A stretch of DNA of 45,309 nt, from positions 1 through 45,309 of the forward strand of contig CAYVOC010000009.1 in NCBI GenBank assembly GCA_964453345.1, read 5' to 3'. The notes below the pieces were generated by a model that had not been told where the DNA came from, made no database searches, and saw only the letters and a program-made list of their open reading frames with translations. The position numbers and the translations under genes were made by a program. Below, piece after piece: positions 1 through 9,155 of the stretch (its first letter is position 1; every line of letters starts with the position of its first letter). Origin of the DNA: an uncultured Aquificales bacterium (GTDB lineage Bacteria; Thermosulfidibacterota; Thermosulfidibacteria; Thermosulfidibacterales; Thermosulfidibacteraceae).

Positions 1-1451
1 CCCTTGACCACGCCGAGGGGGCGCATTCGGGCCACAAGTTTCGCTATGCCCGCCTTGTGGACGACCTCTACAACCTCTGACACATCCTTGTAGGCCTCGG
101 GGATTTCTTCATAGAGGGTTCTCTTGCTGGATGAGCGAACGATTATCCCCCTTTTCTCCATGGCGGCCACTATATCCTTACCCTTGGCCATCTTCTTTGC
201 CTGGTTTCTGCTCATCAATCTTCCGGCGCCGTGGCAGGTGCTTCCGAAGGTCTCCTCCATGGCCCGTTCCGTTCCGCAAAGGACGAAGGACGCCCTTCCC
301 ATGTCCCCCGGTATTATCACAGGCTGGCCGGTCTGCTTGAACCTTTCGGGAAGCTCCGGATGACCGGGGGGAAAGGCCCTTGTAGCCCCCTTTCTGTGGA
401 CAGCAAGAAGCTTCTCTTTGCCATCTATCATGTGCCTTTCAAGCTTCACTATGTTGTGGGCCACATCGTATACAAGCTCCAGACCGAGACGCTCGTATTT
501 CGCCCCGAAGACCTTTTCAAAGGCCCTTCTCACAAGGTGGGTTATTATCTGTCTGTTTGCCCAGGCGTAGTTGGCGCCACAGGCCATTGCGGCAAGGTAA
601 TCCTGCCCCTCCTTGGAGTTGAAGGGCGCGCAGGCGAGCTGTCTGTCGGGCAAGTGTATCTGATATTTTTTTACCGCCGCCTCCATGATCTTGAGGTAGT
701 CGGTGCATATCTGATGCCCGAAGCCTCTGGAACCCGTGTGGATCATAACGGTTATCTGGCCCTCAAACAGCCCAAGGGCCTCGGCAAGCCTCCCGTTGAA
801 GATCTGATCAACAACCTGTATCTCCAGAAAATGGTTGCCGGATCCCAAGGTCCCGAGCTGATCCCTTCCCCTTTCGAAGGCCTTTTTGCTGACAAGGGAA
901 GGGTCTGCCTGGGGAACGCATCCACCCGACTCTATGCGCTCAAGATCCGCCTGCTCTCCGTATCCCTCCTCAACCGCCCACGCAGCCCCCCTCCTGCACG
1001 CTCTGATGAAATCCTGCTTGGTGAGGGATATGTCTCCCTCTGAACCCACCCCTGAGGGAACCATGTAGAAGATCATGTTCACCAGATCCTCAAGCCTTTC
1101 TTCTACATCCTCGTATGTGAGATCGCTCCTGAGTAGCCTCACCCCGCAGTTTATGTCAAAACCCACCCCTCCGGGGGTTATGACCCCGTCTGCATTTACA
1201 TCCGTTGCAACAACTCCCCCTATGGGAAGCCCGTATCCGTAATGTATGTCGGGCATGGCAAGGGAAGCCCTGACTATGCCGGGTAGAAAGGCTGCATTCG
1301 CCACCTGCTCGTGGGCACCGTCCTCCACTATTTTGGGAAGCATCTTCTCCTTGGCGTAGATTATCCCGGGAACCTTCATGCCGGGCTTATAGCTCTTTGG
1401 AAGCATCCACCTATACTCATCTATCTTCTCGAATATGCTCTTCTTTCCCAT
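1..1451 (-). CDS. rtcB: RtcB-family RNA ligase; stop codon lies just outside the window
   Basis: Translated by hand (absent from ORF track): MGKKSIFEKIDEYRW...MPDIHYGYGLPIGGV...GFDINCG...STCHGAGR...RPLGVVKG; GGAGG at 1458-1462; about 484 codons, no room for an intein. Confidence 0.96.
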   Translation of the reverse strand, partial: MGKKSIFEKIDEYRWMLPKSYKPGMKVPGIIYAKEKMLPKIVEDGAHEQVANAAFLPGIVRASLAMPDIHYGYGLPIGGVVATDVNADGVITPGGVGFDINCGVRLLRSDLTYEDVEERLEDLVNMIFYMVPSGVGSEGDISLTKQDFIRACRRGAAWAVEEGYGEQADLERIESGGCVPQADPSLVSKKAFERGRDQLGTLGSGNHFLEIQVVDQIFNGRLAEALGLFEGQITVMIHTGSRGFGHQICTDYLKIMEAAVKKYQIHLPDRQLACAPFNSKEGQDYLAAMACGANYAWANRQIITHLVRRAFEKVFGAKYERLGLELVYDVAHNIVKLERHMIDGKEKLLAVHRKGATRAFPPGHPELPERFKQTGQPVIIPGDMGRASFVLCGTERAMEETFGSTCHGAGRLMSRNQAKKMAKGKDIVAAMEKRGIIVRSSSKRTLYEEIPEAYKDVSEVVEVVHKAGIAKLVARMRPLGVVK

Positions 1452-1463
1452 GGCCATCCTCCA

Positions 1464-1877
1464 TCAGAGGTCAAAGACAACCCTTACCCGATAGGTGTCA
1501 CCCTCCTTGGCGATCCTGATGTTGTGATAGGTTGCCGCCTTGACCTCGGTGTTAAGCTCGTGCTTTCGAAGATCTATTTTTTCGCCCCTCAGCCTGAACC
1601 TCACCCTTCCGGGGGAAAGATCAAGTATCTCTATGTCGGAAAAGAGCATCTTTCGGGTTTCGTGCAGGTATATTATCTCGTTCAGCATGGTCACCAAGGT
1701 GTCCTCGTAATCCACACCCTCAACCTCCGCCTCCACCTCCTCCACGGGATCCACCTTTGACAGATCGGCCATCAAATGCAGCAGGCCCCTTGCCGTCTCC
1801 TCAAACAGCTCCTTCAGACTCTCTCCCCAGGCCTCTATCCCGGTATCGGCCGTTGTATCAACTACCCTGTAGCCCAT
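1464..1877 (-). CDS. Archease (RtcB activator)
   Basis: TADTGIEAWG, EVKAATYH and C-terminal VVFDL; directly upstream of rtcB; start moved to ATG 1877. Confidence 0.93.
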   Translation of the reverse strand: MGYRVVDTTADTGIEAWGESLKELFEETARGLLHLMADLSKVDPVEEVEAEVEGVDYEDTLVTMLNEIIYLHETRKMLFSDIEILDLSPGRVRFRLRGEKIDLRKHELNTEVKAATYHNIRIAKEGDTYRVRVVFDL

Positions 1878-1887
1878 GGCAACTATT

Positions 1888-1926
1888 AATTTAAGTGTTG
1901 CAAAGGAGGCTTGCAAATATTAATCT
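1888..1926. promoter_or_regulatory. Overlapping divergent sigma70-type promoters for archease-rtcB and VKOR
   Basis: Plus: TTGCAA(1898-1903)-N17-TAATCT(1921-1926). Minus: TTGCAA(1916-1911)-N17-TAAATT(1893-1888). Confidence 0.6.
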
Positions 1927-1933
1927 ATGGGCC

Positions 1934-2875
1934 ATGAGAATCTTTAGATGGCTTCTTGCGCTTGTTGCCCTGGCTGTTCTCGGGCTGGACCTCTACATGT
2001 CCTCTAAGGGCATTCACCTGTGCCCCTACGAGGGCTGCAGGGTGGTATCAAGCACCCCCTTCGCCACCCTGCTCGGATACCCCCTTGTTTTATGGGGAAT
2101 TGTCTTCTTCGCCGTGGCCTTTCTTCTGGCGCCTTCAAACGCCCTGTTCGCCCTGTGGTCCTCCATCGGCATGGGCTTTTCCCTCTACATGATCTATCTA
2201 CAGGTCTTCGTTGTTGGAAAGCTGTGCCAGCTATGCCTGTTCGTGGAGGCGGTCGTCTTTGTGATGTTCCTATCCTCCCTCAGATGGAAACGGGGCTTGT
2301 TGCCCCTGATTGTGATTGTGGGCTTTTTGTCAACCCACGCCCTATACACTTTCCCGCCAGCCTACGCCGACGGCTCTCTCGAGAAGGCGGCCACCTGGAA
2401 GGGAACAGGTAAATACAGGATTATGTTCTTCTTCGATCCCCTATGTCCTGCGTGTGAGAGAAGCTTTAAACTTCTCCAAGGGCAAAAGGAGAAGCTTGCA
2501 GAGGTTCAGTTTAAAAGCACCGCTATACACACCGGCTCCATGAGGCGTGCAGCGGTCTTCTACGGACTCTGCATGTCGGGCAAGGATCCCTGGGAAGCCT
2601 TCAGGCTCGTCCACGGGGAGAGGCCTCCCCAACCGTCCCGCACGCCAACCTACGCCAAGGTCAAGGGGATAGTGGAGCAGAATCTGTCCGCCATCAAGGC
2701 GTTGGGGATAGACGCCGTTCCCGTCATTGTGGTCTTAGACGGAGAAAGCAGAAGGATCCTTGTGGGATACAGGGAGCTTGAGGAGTGGCTGAGGTCCGTA
2801 AGCTCCAATGCCCCAAGCCCCCCGCTCTTTCTCCCCCTTGAGCAGGGGATCTGCACCCCCAAGCACTGCGACTAA
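1934..2875 (+). CDS. Vitamin K epoxide reductase (VKOR) domain fused to a thioredoxin/DsbA-like domain
   Basis: TM helices with loop cysteines CPYEGC and active site CQLC; C-terminal FFDPLCPAC and GIDAVP cis-Pro loop. Confidence 0.88.
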   Translation: MRIFRWLLALVALAVLGLDLYMSSKGIHLCPYEGCRVVSSTPFATLLGYPLVLWGIVFFAVAFLLAPSNALFALWSSIGMGFSLYMIYLQVFVVGKLCQLCLFVEAVVFVMFLSSLRWKRGLLPLIVIVGFLSTHALYTFPPAYADGSLEKAATWKGTGKYRIMFFFDPLCPACERSFKLLQGQKEKLAEVQFKSTAIHTGSMRRAAVFYGLCMSGKDPWEAFRLVHGERPPQPSRTPTYAKVKGIVEQNLSAIKALGIDAVPVIVVLDGESRRILVGYRELEEWLRSVSSNAPSPPLFLPLEQGICTPKHCD

Positions 2876-3093
2876 AGGTAATCTATCTCCACCAGATTCA
2901 CGGCCTTGCAGGAGGGGCAGTGCATCTGCTCTATTCTGGCGTAGGGGTTGGAGGTGGGGTGCTTTCTGAGAACCCTTCCGCACTTCCAGCACCGCTCCTC
3001 AACCCAGGCCTTCCCCTCGGCGGATATCACCTTCACCTTGTAAGCGCTCTGGATCTTGGGACGCCTACCCCTTCTGGTAGTGGTGCCAACCAT
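2872..3093 (-). CDS. Small zinc-ribbon protein, Mu Com-like
   Basis: RCWKCGRVL...MHCPSCKAVN; strong SD GGGAGGTG upstream; follows the helicase gene. Confidence 0.75.
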   Translation of the reverse strand: MVGTTTRRGRRPKIQSAYKVKVISAEGKAWVEERCWKCGRVLRKHPTSNPYARIEQMHCPSCKAVNLVEIDYL

Positions 3094-3111
3094 TCCGCTT
3101 CACCTCCCGAC

Positions 3112-5406
3112 CTATGGTGAAAACTCCCTAAGTATGGGCTTTTCCATGCCCCTGTAGGTCTCCACTATTGTCTCGTAGGCGGGCATCTCCCTGAATCCCG
3201 GAACCTCCGCATAAACCCTCTTAAGCTGTTTGCACAGATCAAGCCCCTGTCTCAGGGCAGAGATTATGTCACCCTCATACATGGAGGTTTTCTTAACTAT
3301 GGTGGAAAGCTCCTCTCCCTCTATCCACAAAAAAGCTGCATCCGCAAACCCCCAGTTTATCTGACAGGATACGGGAGAACCCAGATGTCTGTCCTCTATC
3401 TCCCTTATGAAGTCGGCAAGCTCCTCTATCTCCCTTCTTATGTGCTTTGGCAAAAGCTTGCTCTTTGCGCTCTTCAGCCTGTCCGGCTCCCTTCCTATGC
3501 AGGTAAGGATTGCACCGGTGAGTGCGGGATCAAGCCTGTCAAAGAAACCCTCAAGGATAAGTTCTGTTACCAGAAGCTCCTCTATGTGAAGCCTCCTGAC
3601 GATCTCAGCCCCGAACTTCAGCTCAAGGTTCTCGTCGCAGTGCCCCAGCTCCTGAAGGACCCTGCACTTGCCCTCAAACTCGCGCAGCAGATAGCTGTCG
3701 ATAAACCTGAGCTTTTTCTCAATACCCTGTATCTTCTTCTCCAGATAGCGGCGCTTTCTCTCGGTGGCCCTGCACTGGACCTTGTGGATGCAGAACTCAC
3801 AGCTCTCAAGCCTTAAGGATTTCAGTGCGTATTCCGATCTTATGATCTCCTCAACCGCAGCCTTTTTCTTTTCCAAGAGGCGCCTTCTCTTTCTGTTGGA
3901 AAGCCCGTCCTGTTTCAGGGTCTCCTCTATGGACTCTATGATCCTCTTATCCCTCTCTATTATCGCCTCAAGCTCGGCTCTTCTGTTCTCCATGTAATCT
4001 GCACTGTATTCACACTCAAAGCTTGGTAGCGCAGACAACCTCCTTTTGTATGTGGCAAGGGCGTTTTTGAGCTCCTCCTTCTCCTGCTCGTGCTGGAAGG
4101 ACCAGAGGGACGAGTTCAGGAACTGAACGATTCTTTCATAAGGTTCCCTTGCCAGAAGGTTCACCACCGAATTGTAGGAGAGCCTGAAGGCACTCTCAAC
4201 GGGCTCCAGGTTTCTCTCGTCGTATACCGGTATCTCTTCGTGATCCTTGGGATCGAAGCGAACGATCACATACCCTTCGGTATCTATACCCCTTCTGCCC
4301 GCTCTACCGGCCTTCTGGAAAAACTCTATGTTCTTGAGGGGTCTAAAGGTGCTACCGTCAAACTTCACTACAGAATCGAAGCAGACAGTTTTTGCAGGCA
4401 TATTCACGCCCAAGGCAAAGGTGGAGGTGCAGTAAACCACCTTCAGCAATCTTTTTTCGAACAGCAGCTCCACCAGTCTTTTGGCATGGGGAACGAGCCC
4501 GGCGTGATGATAACCTATACCCTTCACAAGCAGGGGACGCATCTTCTCTATGAAGGGAACCGCATCCTCGGGCACGGTGTTGAGGTAGGAGTTTATGAAC
4601 TGCCTGATGGCCCTCTTTTCGGCGTTTGTTGAGAAGTTCTTATAGCCACCCAGCTCCCTCGCAAAGGCCTCAACTTTTCTGCGGTTGAAAAGGAAATAGA
4701 GAGCCGGAAGCAGCCCCCTCTCCTCAAGCTCGGTTATAATCTGGGTATGGGGAACGGCCTTAAAAAGCTTCTTCCTCGCCCTGCTTCTTTCAACGATCCT
4801 GCGAACCTTCTTCAAAGGGGCAATACCCGTCTCCTTTATAACCCCGAACATCTTGAGGGGAACCGCCCTCTCATGATGCCTTATAACCACGGTCTCCCTG
4901 CCCTTTATCACCTCTATCCACATGGCCAGCTCGTCCGCATTGGGCACCGTTGCAGACAGCCCCAGAATCAGGGTTTCGGAGGGTAGCAGAACTATGCTCT
5001 CCTCCCACGCAGCCCCCCTCTGCTCGTCGGCTATGTAATGTATCTCGTCAAAGACCACCATCCTGGGCAGGGGATAGAGGGTATCCTCCTGAAGCATGTT
5101 TCTCAAAACCTCTGTGGTCATCACAAGCATGGGAGCGGTCTCATTCACCACCTCATCACCCGTTATGAGACCCACTCTATCCTCACCCAGAAGCCTGCCA
5201 AAATCCCTGAACTTCTGGTTGCACAGGGCCTTCAAGGGTCCCGTGTATATAACCCTCTCACCCTGATCTATCCAGTCAACGATCACATGATCTATTATGG
5301 CAGTCTTTCCCGTGCCCGTGGGGGCAGACACAATCACATTGTATCCGGCCCTGAGCCTTTCTATTGCCTCCACCTGAAACTTGTCTAACTTTTCAAAGGG
5401 TATCAT
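3112..5406 (-). CDS. Ski2/HelY-like DExH-box helicase
   Basis: APTGTGKT, PLKALCNQK, DEIH, SAT, HHAG, GVNMPA, QKAGRAGRRG; DSHCT-like C-terminus (EGDII). Confidence 0.92.
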   Translation of the reverse strand: MIPFEKLDKFQVEAIERLRAGYNVIVSAPTGTGKTAIIDHVIVDWIDQGERVIYTGPLKALCNQKFRDFGRLLGEDRVGLITGDEVVNETAPMLVMTTEVLRNMLQEDTLYPLPRMVVFDEIHYIADEQRGAAWEESIVLLPSETLILGLSATVPNADELAMWIEVIKGRETVVIRHHERAVPLKMFGVIKETGIAPLKKVRRIVERSRARKKLFKAVPHTQIITELEERGLLPALYFLFNRRKVEAFARELGGYKNFSTNAEKRAIRQFINSYLNTVPEDAVPFIEKMRPLLVKGIGYHHAGLVPHAKRLVELLFEKRLLKVVYCTSTFALGVNMPAKTVCFDSVVKFDGSTFRPLKNIEFFQKAGRAGRRGIDTEGYVIVRFDPKDHEEIPVYDERNLEPVESAFRLSYNSVVNLLAREPYERIVQFLNSSLWSFQHEQEKEELKNALATYKRRLSALPSFECEYSADYMENRRAELEAIIERDKRIIESIEETLKQDGLSNRKRRRLLEKKKAAVEEIIRSEYALKSLRLESCEFCIHKVQCRATERKRRYLEKKIQGIEKKLRFIDSYLLREFEGKCRVLQELGHCDENLELKFGAEIVRRLHIEELLVTELILEGFFDRLDPALTGAILTCIGREPDRLKSAKSKLLPKHIRREIEELADFIREIEDRHLGSPVSCQINWGFADAAFLWIEGEELSTIVKKTSMYEGDIISALRQGLDLCKQLKRVYAEVPGFREMPAYETIVETYRGMEKPILREFSP

Positions 5407-5452
5407 AGCTGTTCTCCTACCATCCTCCCGAATGTTTTCTCAAAATATAGGG

Positions 5453-5481
5453 TTGAGCACTATAAAATCAAGCGTTAATAT
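5453..5481 (+). promoter_or_regulatory. polX promoter, probably leaderless
   Basis: TTGAGC-N17-TAATAT, then 7 nt (AAAAAAC) and ATG 5489; no SD. Confidence 0.55.
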
Positions 5482-5488
5482 AAAAAAC

Positions 5489-7207
5489 ATGAACAGAAAC
5501 AAGGAGCTCGCCAAAATATTAAATCGCATAGCCGATTTCTTAGAGCTGAAAGGAGAACTGGTTTACAAGATAAACGCCTACCGCAGAGCGGCAAGGGCGA
5601 TAGAATCCATATCCACGGATATTGAAGAGATATACCGCCAGGGCAGGCTCTACGAGATACCGGGGGTTGGGGAACGCATCGCCAAAAAGATAGAGGAGTT
5701 TATAAAGACAGGAACCATAAGAAAATACGAAGAGCTAAAAAGGGAATTCCCCGAGGAGCTGGCCGAACTCCTTGATGTGCCCTATCTCGGGCCAAAGACC
5801 CTCAAGCTCGCCTATGAGAAGCTCGGGGTAAAGTCCCTCAGGGATCTCCAGAGGGTGCTCGAGGACGGTTCCTTAGAGAAACTTCCCGGCATGGGACCCA
5901 AAAAGGTGGAGAACATAAAAAAAGGTCTGCAACTGTATCTAAAGGGCAACGACAGAATGCTTCTCGGAGAGGCCCTTGAGGTGGCGGAATACGTGATCTC
6001 TCAGCTTGAGAAACTATGCTCAAAGATAGCCTATGCGGGATCCCTCAGGAGAATGAAGGAGACCATAGGGGACATAGACATTCTTGCCGTGGGGAACCCC
6101 GGGGAAATCATGGATGCATTTACGGGCATGAACAGAGTCACGGAGATAATAGCCAAGGGCGACACCAAATCGAGCGTTCTTATAGGCACAACCCAGGTGG
6201 ATCTGAGGGTGGTTGAGGAGCATCAGTGGGGAGCAGCCCTCCAGTATTTCACCGGCTCAAAGGAGCACAACATCAAGCTGAGGGAGATCGCCAAGGAGAA
6301 GGGGCTTAAGATAAACGAATACGGCGTCTTTGAGGTTGCCACAGGGCGCAGAATAGCAGGAGAAACCGAGGAAGAGGTCTATCAAACCCTCGGCCTGTGC
6401 TTTATTCCGCCGGAGTTGAGGGAAGACAGGGGAGAGATAGAAGCCGCCCTGGAGGGTAAACTCCCCGATCTTGTGCCCTACGAAGGGATAAAAGGGGATC
6501 TGCACGTGCACTCAAACTGGAGCGATGGTGGTTTCAGCATAGAAAGGATAGCTCTCGAAGCCAAAAGCTTAGGGTATAAATACATTGCCATCACTGATCA
6601 CTCCAAAAGCGTCAAGATAGCCCACGGGCTGGACGAGGAAAGGCTCCTCAAGCAGATGGAGGAGATAGAAAGCTTAAACGAAAGGCTTAAGGGGATAAGG
6701 ATACTGAAGGGTATAGAGGTTGACATTCTTCCCGATGGAAGCCTTGATCTTTCAGATGAGGTTCTCAGCAAGCTCGACTGGGTGGTGGCCTCCATCCACT
6801 CGAGGTTCAACGAGGATGCAACGGAAAGGCTGATAGCCGCCATTCGTAATCCCTATGTCTGCTGCATAGGGCATCCCTCAGGCAGGATGCTATTTCAAAG
6901 GGACGGGTATCCTGTTGACTGGGACAGGGTCTTTGAGGAAGCGGCCAAAACCGGCACCTGTCTGGAGATAAACGCCCACCAGGACAGACTCGACCTCAAC
7001 GATCTGCTTGTGAAAAGAGCCAAGGAATTTGGCGTTAAATTTGCCATAGGAACGGACGCCCACCACATAGGCCAGTTCTGGATGATGAAGCTGGGAATAG
7101 GGGTGGCGAGAAGGGGCTGGCTGACAGTGGATGATGTGGTGAATTACTGGAGCTACAGGAAGCTCAAAAGCTTTGTAAATAAAAAGAGGAGGGAGCTATG
7201 CCGGTAA
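5489..7207 (+). CDS. polX: DNA polymerase X with C-terminal PHP domain
   Basis: AYRRAA, HhH motifs, AGSLRR-ETIGDID, QVDLR, YFTGSK; PHP motifs DLHVHS, TDHS, GHP, TDAH. Confidence 0.96.
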   Translation: MNRNKELAKILNRIADFLELKGELVYKINAYRRAARAIESISTDIEEIYRQGRLYEIPGVGERIAKKIEEFIKTGTIRKYEELKREFPEELAELLDVPYLGPKTLKLAYEKLGVKSLRDLQRVLEDGSLEKLPGMGPKKVENIKKGLQLYLKGNDRMLLGEALEVAEYVISQLEKLCSKIAYAGSLRRMKETIGDIDILAVGNPGEIMDAFTGMNRVTEIIAKGDTKSSVLIGTTQVDLRVVEEHQWGAALQYFTGSKEHNIKLREIAKEKGLKINEYGVFEVATGRRIAGETEEEVYQTLGLCFIPPELREDRGEIEAALEGKLPDLVPYEGIKGDLHVHSNWSDGGFSIERIALEAKSLGYKYIAITDHSKSVKIAHGLDEERLLKQMEEIESLNERLKGIRILKGIEVDILPDGSLDLSDEVLSKLDWVVASIHSRFNEDATERLIAAIRNPYVCCIGHPSGRMLFQRDGYPVDWDRVFEEAAKTGTCLEINAHQDRLDLNDLLVKRAKEFGVKFAIGTDAHHIGQFWMMKLGIGVARRGWLTVDDVVNYWSYRKLKSFVNKKRRELCR

Positions 7208-7644
7208 AGATCGAAAGGATACTGTGCGCTGTTGCCCTGAGGGACTGCACGGAAAAGGTGGTCAGATACGCAGCTTCCTTGGCCAAACGCTTCAACTCCA
7301 TGCTCTACATAATTACGGTGGTTGAGGAGCCCGTATGGGTCCAGAGGGGATTCGATCAGGACCTTGAAGCCCTCATGAGCACCCTTGAGGAAAGGGACAG
7401 GCTCGCCCTGAGGGACATAGCCGTAAAGGCAGAAGAGCTATCAAAGGCACAGGTTGAACCCGTGGTTCTTAGGGGTAAACCCGCAAAGGAGATAATCAGG
7501 TTTGCAGAAGAGAACAAGGTGGATCTCATAGTTATAGGCTCGCACTCGGTCCCATCCATTCAGAAGGTTATGCTCGGCAGCACAGCTTTGAAGATAATCA
7601 ACAGCTCCAAGGTGCCGGTTCTTGTGGTCCCCCTCGAGGATTAA
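7198..7644 (+). CDS. Universal stress protein
   Basis: ERILCAV, GKPAKEI, DLIVIGSH, LGSTA, PVLVVP. Confidence 0.93.
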   Translation: MPVKIERILCAVALRDCTEKVVRYAASLAKRFNSMLYIITVVEEPVWVQRGFDQDLEALMSTLEERDRLALRDIAVKAEELSKAQVEPVVLRGKPAKEIIRFAEENKVDLIVIGSHSVPSIQKVMLGSTALKIINSSKVPVLVVPLED

Positions 7645-7652
7645 ATAAGCAG

Positions 7653-7678
7653 GGAGGGCCTGGATTCGCAGGCCCTCC
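7653..7678. terminator. Hairpin between convergent usp and OMP genes
   Basis: GGAGGGCCTG-GATTCG-CAGGCCCTCC, perfect 10-bp stem. Confidence 0.75.
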
Positions 7679-8437
7679 TTAAAACTGCAAGCCCACTCCG
7701 AAAACCCAGCCCTTTATCTTAACATTGCTGGACACATCGCTTATATCGTCCAGCTGCAGGGCCTCATACCTGTAGCCAGCCATCACAAACAGAAGCTGCC
7801 ACTTTATCCTCGTGCCCACATAAAGATCGTAGAACTGGTTGCCACCGTAGCCCACGTATTTGCCCTCCGCCTCCAGATAGACAAGATTGAGGGGACTCAC
7901 CTCCACCCTTCCGTAGAGCATGGGAACAACCACCCTGAAGTCCTTGTCCTCTGTATGCTCCACCGAACCGCTTTTCCCTTTGAGCTTCACGTATCCGTCA
8001 ATATACTTTGCATCAACACCCACGGAGACCTTGACGGAGGTGAGCTTCTCCGCAATCCAGGGCAGAGGATTAAAGTAGAGTATCGCATCCAGCTGATCCG
8101 CCTTTAATCTTGACTCAACATCCATACCCGCAGAGTAAACGTAATCCCCAAAGGTGAAGGTTCGGCTTATGACGTTATCCGAATACATATCAAAGGGTGC
8201 ATACTCGAGCTTCACATTGGGGATGAAGGGTATGGGGTGCTCAAATCTTATCCAGTAGTAGGGACTCTTGAGGGTGCCGGCGGTCAAATCGTCCCTGAGA
8301 TCCACATGGCTTCCCTTATACTCAACCCATCCATCAAGCTGCTTGACCCATACCGCAGCACCACCCTCAATAACCATGGCTCCGGCAGTTGCGCTCAAAA
8401 GGAAAAGCGCAACGACAACACCAAACAGTCTTCTCAT
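7679..8437 (-). CDS. Outer-membrane beta-barrel protein (TIGR04219-like)
   Basis: Signal peptide, FEHPIPFIPNVKL, VVPMLYG, AGYRYE, terminal Phe. Confidence 0.85.
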   Translation of the reverse strand: MRRLFGVVVALFLLSATAGAMVIEGGAAVWVKQLDGWVEYKGSHVDLRDDLTAGTLKSPYYWIRFEHPIPFIPNVKLEYAPFDMYSDNVISRTFTFGDYVYSAGMDVESRLKADQLDAILYFNPLPWIAEKLTSVKVSVGVDAKYIDGYVKLKGKSGSVEHTEDKDFRVVVPMLYGRVEVSPLNLVYLEAEGKYVGYGGNQFYDLYVGTRIKWQLLFVMAGYRYEALQLDDISDVSSNVKIKGWVFGVGLQF

Positions 8438-8507
8438 CCCTCCCCTCCTTCTGTTTTCGGGAATCTTCTGCTAAAGGTATCTCATCCTGAGAGGGGGAGT
8501 CAACCAA

Positions 8508-9155
8508 ATGGATATGACCGAGATACTGGAAAGGATAAGGGAAAAATACCTTGAATGGAAAAAGCCCGTTGTCACCGAGATGGCCCAAAGAAGAAGGGAC
8601 CCCTTTAGGGTTCTTATCTCATGCATTCTGAGTCTGAGAACGAAGGATGAGGTAACCAAGGAGGCAAGCAAAAGGCTGTTTGAAGCGGCCTCAACCCCGG
8701 AAGAGATGCTAAAACTCAGCGAGGAAGAGATAGCAAAGCTCATCTACCCTGTGGGCTTCTACAACACCAAGGCGAAAAACATAAAGGAGATCTGCCGCAC
8801 ACTGGTTGAAAAGTATAACGGCAGGGTGCCCGATACAATGGACGAGCTTTTGAAGCTAAAGGGGGTCGGCAGGAAAACCGCCAACTTGGTTCTTGTTGAG
8901 GGATACGACAAACCCGGAATATGTGTGGACACCCATGTGCACAGGATATGCAACAGGCTCGGATGGGTTCAAACGAAGACCCCGGAGGAGACGGAAAGGG
9001 AACTGAGAAGAATCCTTCCCCGGAAATACTGGAAGGAGATCAACAGGTGGTTCGTCGCCTTCGGCAAAACCATCTGCAGGCCCATTTCTCCCCTGTGCTC
9101 GAAGTGTCCCGTGGAGGAACTATGCCCGAAGATAGGCGTAGAGAAACATCGCTGA
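8508..9155 (+). CDS. nth: Endonuclease III
   Basis: HhH GVGRKTA, VDTHV, 4Fe-4S motif C-x6-C-x2-C-x5-C. Confidence 0.95.
   Translation: MDMTEILERIREKYLEWKKPVVTEMAQRRRDPFRVLISCILSLRTKDEVTKEASKRLFEAASTPEEMLKLSEEEIAKLIYPVGFYNTKAKNIKEICRTLVEKYNGRVPDTMDELLKLKGVGRKTANLVLVEGYDKPGICVDTHVHRICNRLGWVQTKTPEETERELRRILPRKYWKEINRWFVAFGKTICRPISPLCSKCPVEELCPKIGVEKHR

Noticed and set aside
1-1451. Intein in RtcB (and intein or intron in NrdD)
   Set aside because: Both are of normal length with continuous motifs.
1903-1937. AAGGAGG followed by a 9-codon mini-ORF ending on the VKOR ATG
   Set aside because: SD-to-TTG spacing is 1 nt and the ORF lies inside the predicted promoter; probably chance.
5403-5429. Minus-strand mini-ORF MVGEQL overlapping the helicase start
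   Set aside because: Its GGGAGG abuts the ATG with no spacer, and the helicase has its own AGGAG SD.
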